This document shows, piece after piece, positions 58,801 to 64,000 of a DNA stretch of 64,000 nucleotides. The number at the start of each line of letters is the position of its first letter. The stretch's first letter is position 1. The notes under the pieces are model-generated. The model was not told where the DNA came from, did no database searches, and was given only the letters and a program-made list of their open reading frames with translations. The DNA lies in NCBI GenBank assembly GCA_001303125.1, contig LJNE01000002.1, positions 35,564-99,563 of the forward strand, read 5' to 3'. The stretch is from Parcubacteria bacterium DG_74_1 (GTDB taxonomy: Bacteria; Patescibacteriota; Minisyncoccia; Minisyncoccales; DG-74-1). A program made the position numbers and the translations under genes.

Positions 58801-59555
58801 CTCCTCGCTTCCGGAGCTAGCGTTTCCATTTCTTTTTTAAGGTCTTTAGTTTCTTTTTTCAAATCAATGTTCTCAAAAATTTTTCTCAGCGTTTCAGCTC
58901 CCGTTCCCGCTTCAAAAACCTCGCCATATTTTAAAGCCAACCTATGATAATCTATCTCAGATAAAACTTTTAAAGGTTTGATTGCCGAAAGTTCTTCTAT
59001 CGCCGAAGTCCTAGCTGAAGAAAGTGCTTTACCGCTAGTTGACTTTAAGCTACTAACTTTTGCCTTTGATTTTTTGGCTTTTAGTTTTGATTTGTATTCT
59101 TTCTCTATCTCTTCTAAGACCTTCTTCTTGGCTTCTTCGTTAACGCTGGTAATGACGAAGGAAGCAAAATAAATCACTTTTTCTAGTTGCTGCATGGGCA
59201 GATCTAGAATCATCCCCATTCTTGAAGGGACCCCCCTTAAAAACCAAATGTGGCTTACCGGAGTGGCTAATTTAATATGGCCCATTCTTTCTCTCCGAAC
59301 TGCGGCTTTGGTCACTTCTACCCCGCATCTGTCACAAACAATCCCTTTGTAGCGGATTCTTTTATATTTCCCGCAATAACATTCATAGTCTTTTTCGGGG
59401 CCAAAAATCTTCTCGCAAAAAAGACCATCCTTTTCCGCACGCTGAGTCCGGTAATTAATGGTTTCTGGTTTTATCACTTCGCCACGCGACCAACTCAAGA
59501 TCTCCTCAGGTGAGGCAATCTTTATTCTTATTGCGTCAAGGTCTTGTACGCGCAT
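55899..59555 (-). CDS. rpoC: DNA-directed RNA polymerase subunit beta'
   Basis: NADFDGDQM catalytic motif, zinc-binding Cys clusters, trigger loop. Confidence 0.95.
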   Translation of the reverse strand: MRVQDLDAIRIKIASPEEILSWSRGEVIKPETINYRTQRAEKDGLFCEKIFGPEKDYECYCGKYKRIRYKGIVCDRCGVEVTKAAVRRERMGHIKLATPVSHIWFLRGVPSRMGMILDLPMQQLEKVIYFASFVITSVNEEAKKKVLEEIEKEYKSKLKAKKSKAKVSSLKSTSGKALSSARTSAIEELSAIKPLKVLSEIDYHRLALKYGEVFEAGTGAETLRKIFENIDLKKETKDLKKEMETLAPEARRKSLRRLKLFQGMIRSGVRPEWMFLTVLPVLPPDLRPMVQLDGGRYASSDLNDLYRRVINRNNRLKYLLEINAPEVIVRNEKRMLQEAVDALIDNGMRKGTLTQATTGGRRLLKSLSDMLKGKQGRFRQNLLGKRVDYSGRSVIVVGPELKINQVGIPKRMALELFKPFVIKKILEKELAFNVRAASRLIDEETDEVWANLEEVVKEKLVLLNRAPTLHRLGIQSFYPILIEGESIRIHPMVCRSFNADFDGDQMAVHLPLSEMAQKEARERMLASLNLLKPATGTPVVTLYQDIVLGCYWMTRILEEDKLSFPALADTRTIEGKRKLKEGGLKGEGKVFASPEEAILAYEFGDIDLRAKIKCAKIKSIDEPLYETSVGRILFNQALPSNFPFQNKQIRVRDIEAIVAEIIEKYDPRILEETLDKIKDLGFEYATVSGISWGIDDLIIPAEKERIIKEAEKEVEKIEEHFKKGLLSEEEKQAKIIGIWTKAKSEIEIQVPETLPPDGPVFQIVDAGARGSWGQPVQMTGMKGLVINPLGQIIELPVKNSYKEGFGVLEYFISTHGARKGTADTALRTSTAGYLTRRLVDVAHEIVISEEDCKTENGIEIFKRDADEIGQNFLEKIIGRVSLEDIRGVLKKGEVIDWEKGEKIIKKGLEKIKVRSVLSCQSLRGVCQKCYGWDLGYNKLVRVGEAVGIVAAQAIGEPGTQLTMRTFHAGGVAGGGDITFGLPRVQEIFEARTPSGKAEIAAAEGTVVEITPQKIVKIKPKKSDSSAKVSKKRKTEILEYQIPAPCAIWVKEGQKVKAGQPLCEGSLDLKEVFKLAGIEESWRYMIKEIQTIYISQGAQIHDKHLELIVRQIFSRIRVKEPGDSFFTASEVVEKAKFLEENARLKKEKKKPAKGAPILLGISRVALTTDSFLSAASFQETSRVLIKAAIEGKEDKLRGLKENVIIGKLIPAGTGFRKTD

Positions 59556-59579
59556 AATGATTTATTTAGTGTTAGGGAT

Positions 59580-62500
59580 TTATTTTTTTTCTTCCTCTTT
59601 TGGCTTTTCTTTTACTTCTACTGACAGCCCTAACGACTTCAATTCCGCCACTAATAAATTAAACGATGCGGGCACATTGGGTGGTTTTATCTCTTCTCCT
59701 TTTAAAATTGCTTCGTAAGTAGCTGCCCTACCTGGGACATCGTCGGATTTTATAGTCAACATTTCCTGTAAAGTGTGAGCGGCCCCGTATCCTTCTAAAG
59801 CCCAAACTTCCATCTCGCCAAACCGCTGACCGCCAAACTGGGCCTTGCCTCCTAAGGGTTGCTGGGTAATCAAAGAATAAGGACCGATACTTCTCATATG
59901 AATTTTATCTTCCACCATATGAATTAATTTCACCATATAGATGTTGCCCACGCTAATTTTTTCCTGAAAAGGCAAACCAGATCTACCGTCATACAAAACT
60001 AGTTTACCGTCTTCTGAGAATCCGGCTCTTTTCAGTTCTTCTTTAATATCTCCTTCGGTAGCCCCGGAAAAGGAAGGTGAGATAGCATGATACTCCAATT
60101 TTTTAGCTGCCCAGCCCAGATGAGTTTCTAAAATTTGGCCTAAATTCATCCTGGAAACAACGCCAATGGGATTTAAGACTATGTCCACGGGCGTGCCGTC
60201 TTGCAAAAAGGGCATTTCCTCCTCTGGTAAAACGCGGGAAACTACACCTTTGTTACCATGCCGGCCGGATAATTTGTCCCCGGCCTGAATTTTTCTCAAT
60301 TCAGCTATCTCAACTTCAATTCTTTTAATCACCCCGGGTTCTAATTTGTGACCAAGGTCTCGGGAAAAAAGCTTCACCCCAACCACTCTCCCTCTTTTTC
60401 CATGCTCCATCAAAAGAGAAGTATCTTTAACTTCCCTGGCTTTTTCGCCAAAAATCGCCCGTAACAACCTTTCTTCGGCAGTCAATTCTTGTTCCCCTTT
60501 GGGCGAAATTTTACCAACTAAAATGTCGTTAGGCCCCACTTCAGCCCCAATCCTGATAACTCCTTCTTCGTCAAGGTCTTTTAATTTTTCTTCCGAAACA
60601 TTAGGTATGTCAGCCGTAGTTGTTTCCGGTCCTAATTTTGTCTCCCGGACGTCGCAACTAAAACTCTCAATATGAACTGAGGTATAGACGTCATCTTTAA
60701 CCAGTCTTTCAGAGATCAAAATGGCATCTTCGAAATTGCCTCCCCGCCAGGGCATGAAAGCCACCAAGATGTTTTTACCCAAAGACAAAAATCCTTGAGA
60801 AATTCCTCCGCCGTCAGCCAGCAGTTGGCCTTTTTTAATCCTTTGGCCTTTTTTTACCTGTGGCTTTTGATGAAAGCAAGTATATTGATTGGTTCTGATG
60901 AAAGTTCGCAGGTTATAGGTTTTAGGTTTCAGGTTTTTAGTTTTTATTGTAATGTGATTAGCATCGACATCGGTGACAATTCCGTCCTCTCCGGCAGTAA
61001 CTGCCTGGCCCGAGTCCCGGGCTACTTTCTCTTCATTCCCGGTCATCACCAAGGGCGGTTCAGGGTTAACCAAAGGAACAGCCTGACGTTGCATATTGGA
61101 ACCCATGAGAGCTCGGTTGGCATCGTCATTAGCTAAAAAGGGTATCAAGGAAGTAGCCACCGAAATAAACTGCTCCGGCGAGACATCAATGAAATCAATC
61201 TTCCCCCTGTCTGAGAGGCCTGGCTCTCCTTTGATTCTGGCTTCTACTTTTTGGGGAATAATTTTCCTCTTTTCATTAATCGGGACGCCACCCGAAGCAA
61301 TATTGTATCTTTCTTCTTCATAAGCATTAAGGTAAACAAGCTCGGATGTTACTTGGCCGTTTTTAACTCTGAAATAAGGAGTTTCTAGAAACCCGTAGGG
61401 ATTAACCCGAGCAAAACACGCCAGGTGGCTGACTAATCCAATATTCGGACCTTCCGGCGTTTGAATGGGGCAAATCCGGCCATAATGAGAAGGCTGAACA
61501 TCTCTCACTTCAAAGCCGGCCCTTTCTCTGGCTAGTCCGCCCGGCCCAGTGGATGACAATCTTCTTTTATGTTCCAATTCGGCCAAGGGGTTCTCATTGT
61601 CCATAAATTGAGACATCTGAGAGGAGGTGAAAAATTCCTTGACTACAGCCATGACCGGCCGAGGGTTGATTAATTGAATTGGTGTCAGGGTAAAAGTATC
61701 AAGGGTTGACATTCTGTCTTTGATAATTCTTTCCATTCTCACCAGGCCGACTCTTATTCTGTTAATCAATAATTCATTAAAAATTCTCACCCGGCGATTC
61801 CCTAAGTGATCAATTTGGTCGGGCATGGCCCCGGGCGTATTGTTCAATCTGATTATCTCACGCAATACAGCCACCACATCTTCTGGCTTTAAAACCCTAT
61901 CTTGGGTTGTAATTTCTTTGTTTAATTTTGGATTTTGTGTTTTGAAGCCCGGTAAGCGTTGGCTCATTCTCCATCTACCCACTTTGGAAATATCGTATCT
62001 TTCAAAATTAAAAAACATATTCCAAATCAGTTCCCGGGCAGTGTCCGGCGTGGCTAAATCACCTGGTCTCAGTCTTTGATAAACTTCAACCACGGCTTCA
62101 GCCTGATTCTTGGTTGAATCTTTCTTTAAGGTTTCCTCAATATAGTTAATTTCACCTTTATTAACGTCCTGAAACTTTTCTTTGATACTTAAATCATCAG
62201 CAATTCCAAAAGCCCGCAACAAGGTAGTAGCCGCCACTTTTCTCTTCCTATCAATTTTCACTCCGATAAAACCTGAATTTTCCGTTTCAAATTCTAGCCA
62301 AGCACCGCGATTGGGAATAATTTTCGCCCCGAAAAATTTCTTACCGGCAATCTGCTGACTGGCAAAGAAGGCTCCCGGGGAACGTATTAGCTGAGAAATA
62401 GCTACTCTTTCCACGCCGTTGACAATAAAAGTTCCCCTTTCTGTCATTAAGGGGAAATCGGTTAAAAAAACTTCTTGTTCTTTGATTTCTTTGGTCTTAA

Positions 62501-62783
62501 GATTGACCAATTTCGTTCTAACTCGTAGGGGCGCCTCAAAGGAATCATTATTCTGTTTTGCCTCCAAGTCGGTTTTGTATTTGGATTCTCCCAGTTTAAA
62601 ATCCAGAAACCAAAGCTCAAGTTCTTTCTTGGTGTAATCCCGAATCGGAGAGATTTCCTGAAATAATTCTTTTAAGTCTCTCTGCCAAAAGAGATCCCAG
62701 TTCTCCTTTTCTAGGCCTAAAAGATAGGGTAGCCCAAGGGAAACCCTTGCTTTCCCAAAATTTTTTACACGAAGCTCCCTCAT
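59580..62783 (-). CDS. rpoB: DNA-directed RNA polymerase subunit beta (compact, 1067 aa)
   Basis: Conserved Rpb2-type domains, GRHGNKGV, rifampicin-cluster region. Confidence 0.95.
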   Translation of the reverse strand: MRELRVKNFGKARVSLGLPYLLGLEKENWDLFWQRDLKELFQEISPIRDYTKKELELWFLDFKLGESKYKTDLEAKQNNDSFEAPLRVRTKLVNLKTKEIKEQEVFLTDFPLMTERGTFIVNGVERVAISQLIRSPGAFFASQQIAGKKFFGAKIIPNRGAWLEFETENSGFIGVKIDRKRKVAATTLLRAFGIADDLSIKEKFQDVNKGEINYIEETLKKDSTKNQAEAVVEVYQRLRPGDLATPDTARELIWNMFFNFERYDISKVGRWRMSQRLPGFKTQNPKLNKEITTQDRVLKPEDVVAVLREIIRLNNTPGAMPDQIDHLGNRRVRIFNELLINRIRVGLVRMERIIKDRMSTLDTFTLTPIQLINPRPVMAVVKEFFTSSQMSQFMDNENPLAELEHKRRLSSTGPGGLARERAGFEVRDVQPSHYGRICPIQTPEGPNIGLVSHLACFARVNPYGFLETPYFRVKNGQVTSELVYLNAYEEERYNIASGGVPINEKRKIIPQKVEARIKGEPGLSDRGKIDFIDVSPEQFISVATSLIPFLANDDANRALMGSNMQRQAVPLVNPEPPLVMTGNEEKVARDSGQAVTAGEDGIVTDVDANHITIKTKNLKPKTYNLRTFIRTNQYTCFHQKPQVKKGQRIKKGQLLADGGGISQGFLSLGKNILVAFMPWRGGNFEDAILISERLVKDDVYTSVHIESFSCDVRETKLGPETTTADIPNVSEEKLKDLDEEGVIRIGAEVGPNDILVGKISPKGEQELTAEERLLRAIFGEKAREVKDTSLLMEHGKRGRVVGVKLFSRDLGHKLEPGVIKRIEVEIAELRKIQAGDKLSGRHGNKGVVSRVLPEEEMPFLQDGTPVDIVLNPIGVVSRMNLGQILETHLGWAAKKLEYHAISPSFSGATEGDIKEELKRAGFSEDGKLVLYDGRSGLPFQEKISVGNIYMVKLIHMVEDKIHMRSIGPYSLITQQPLGGKAQFGGQRFGEMEVWALEGYGAAHTLQEMLTIKSDDVPGRAATYEAILKGEEIKPPNVPASFNLLVAELKSLGLSVEVKEKPKEEEKK

Positions 62784-62808
62784 ATTTTCTAAAATAAGCT
62801 AAAAAATA

Positions 62809-62832
62809 CCCTAAGAACCTTTTTCTTTAGGG
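62809..62832 (-). terminator. Terminator-like hairpin plus U-run in the rpoB 5' leader (TPR-gene terminator or attenuator)
   Basis: Minus-strand CCCTAA-N12-TTAGGG followed by TATTTTTT (plus-strand A-run 62801-62806), 18-28 nt upstream of the rpoB ATG. Confidence 0.45.
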
Positions 62833-62919
62833 CAAGATTTTTATTTAGTTTTTTAAATAGAAATAACCAAGTCGAAAAAAATGTAATATATAAAAAGGGG
62901 GTTTTTAAAAACCATTAAT

Positions 62920-62948
62920 ATTATATTCCTTCCGCTAAAGGCTGTCAA
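62920..62948 (-). promoter_or_regulatory. Consensus sigma70 promoter for rpoB: TTGACA-17-TATAAT
   Basis: Minus-strand TTGACA (62943-62948) and TATAAT (62920-62925) with an exact 17-nt spacer. The -35 sits in the loop of the hairpin CTAAAGGC/GCCTTTAG after the TPR-gene stop. Confidence 0.65.
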
Positions 62949-62953
62949 GGCCT

Positions 62954-63988
62954 TTAGGGCTCACTCGGGGCTGGCTCTTCTGGTTCTACCTGCCCTTCTT
63001 CCTCTTCTTCCTCTGGCTCCTCTGATTCTTCCTGTTCTTCCTGTTCCTCTGGTTCTTCTGGTTCGGCCTGTCTTTTCAGTGTTTCCAGCTTCTGAATTAC
63101 ATCTTGATTGCCAGGATTCAATTCTAAAACCCGTTCAAAAACCAAAATTGCCTCTGGGATCCGGTCCTGCGCAACATAAGCCACTCCCAGAGAATAAAGA
63201 GCGTTAGAGTGCTGCGGCACCAGAAGCGCTACTACCCCAAATAACTCAATCGCCTCGTCAATTCTGCCAGCATTATAATAAAGCCGGCCTAACTGAAAAT
63301 GAGCTTCAATATTCCAAGGCTCTCTAGTAATTAAATTTTCCAGTCTTGCTATGGCTTCTTCTAAAATATCTTCTCTTTCTAAAACTAATGCCTCCTGAAT
63401 TATAGCATCGGCATAATCCGGTTTTTCCTCTAGGGCTTTTTGGAAATATTCTCTAGCTTTTTGTTCGTCTTCCAAAACAAGATAAAGCTTACCCAATTCA
63501 GTATAAATAACCGGGTTGGCCGGCTCTAAAAGAGCAGCTCTTTCAAAAGATTTAATTCCCCAGTCGGTAGCTCCAGCAGCTACTGTTCTAATATCTCGAT
63601 AAATCACTCCCAGTCCCTCCCAGGCCACTACCCGATTGGGAGAAATCTGACTTGCTGTTTTAGCCTCACTGATGGCTTTGGCCACCCTATTTTGAATCTT
63701 TACTAAATCTTGTTCAGCTATTGTTGCTACTGGTTCCCTCATTTCATTTAGGGCATCTTCAAGATAAGTCCTGGCCTCTGCTATGCGGTATTCTATTCTC
63801 CAAGGACTCAAACTGACTGCTTTTTCTAAATTTTGGATTCTGGTATTTAAGTCCGGAATTTGCCCATCCTGAATTTGGCTGGAGAAATGGTAATAGCAGT
63901 CTGCCATATAGAATTTTACTCCAAAAAAGTAGGTCCCGAAAAAGCCAAGAGTGATTATAGCCAGCAATACACTAAATACTAAACCCAT
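62954..63988 (-). CDS. Membrane-anchored TPR-repeat protein with Glu/Pro-rich acidic C-terminal tail
   Basis: N-terminal TM helix; multiple TPR repeats; C-terminal EPEEPEEQEEQEESEEPEEEEEEGQVEPEEPAPSEP. Confidence 0.7.
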   Translation of the reverse strand: MGLVFSVLLAIITLGFFGTYFFGVKFYMADCYYHFSSQIQDGQIPDLNTRIQNLEKAVSLSPWRIEYRIAEARTYLEDALNEMREPVATIAEQDLVKIQNRVAKAISEAKTASQISPNRVVAWEGLGVIYRDIRTVAAGATDWGIKSFERAALLEPANPVIYTELGKLYLVLEDEQKAREYFQKALEEKPDYADAIIQEALVLEREDILEEAIARLENLITREPWNIEAHFQLGRLYYNAGRIDEAIELFGVVALLVPQHSNALYSLGVAYVAQDRIPEAILVFERVLELNPGNQDVIQKLETLKRQAEPEEPEEQEEQEESEEPEEEEEEGQVEPEEPAPSEP

Positions 63989-64000
63989 CTCTGAAAAATC

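Overview
This is a 64 kb window from a low-GC bacterial chromosome (G+C roughly mid-30s % by eye). Gene content and the small size of otherwise universal proteins (RpoB 1067 aa, PGK 349 aa, YchF 294 aa) are consistent with a reduced Patescibacteria/CPR-like genome, though this is not proven. Nearly all genes run on the minus strand; the one plus-strand island is ychF-rpsF-ssb-rpsR. Housekeeping genes are clear: RNase P RNA (missed by the ORF track), rnhA, a DHH phosphoesterase, pgk, secD-metK-secF, secA, speE-speH, murB, clpB, htrA, a phosphohexomutase, recA, ftsK, rpoC and rpoB. A roughly 21 kb minus-strand cell-surface glycan cluster lies between murB and an HTH gene. It carries a Wbp-type UDP-2,3-diacetamido-uronic-acid pathway (WbpA/B/D/E/M-like, WbpG-like amidotransferase), a pyruvyltransferase with an FrhB-like partner, Wzx, a PglC-like primer, glycosyltransferases and a Wzy/O-antigen-ligase-TPR protein. 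Four things most deserve follow-up. (1) An uncharacterised three-gene module: a FtsK/HerA/TraD-superfamily ATPase with a C-terminal Zn ribbon, an N-terminally anchored membrane protein, and a sigma70-region-4 + HARE-HTH fusion protein. (2) Two paralogous secreted proteins (coiled coil + peptidoglycan-binding module) beside an ECF sigma/anti-sigma pair. One is encoded by a conspicuously GC-rich gene. (3) Two tandem AdoMetDC paralogs, one apparently non-processing. (4) Several structured non-coding elements: a candidate sRNA upstream of murB, a dyad array of GATACTTA half-sites upstream of ftsK, a tripled TTGACA promoter for a small HTH gene, and a 29-bp-stem palindrome. Canonical sigma70 promoters (TTGACA-17-TATAAT-like) can be read directly at several loci.
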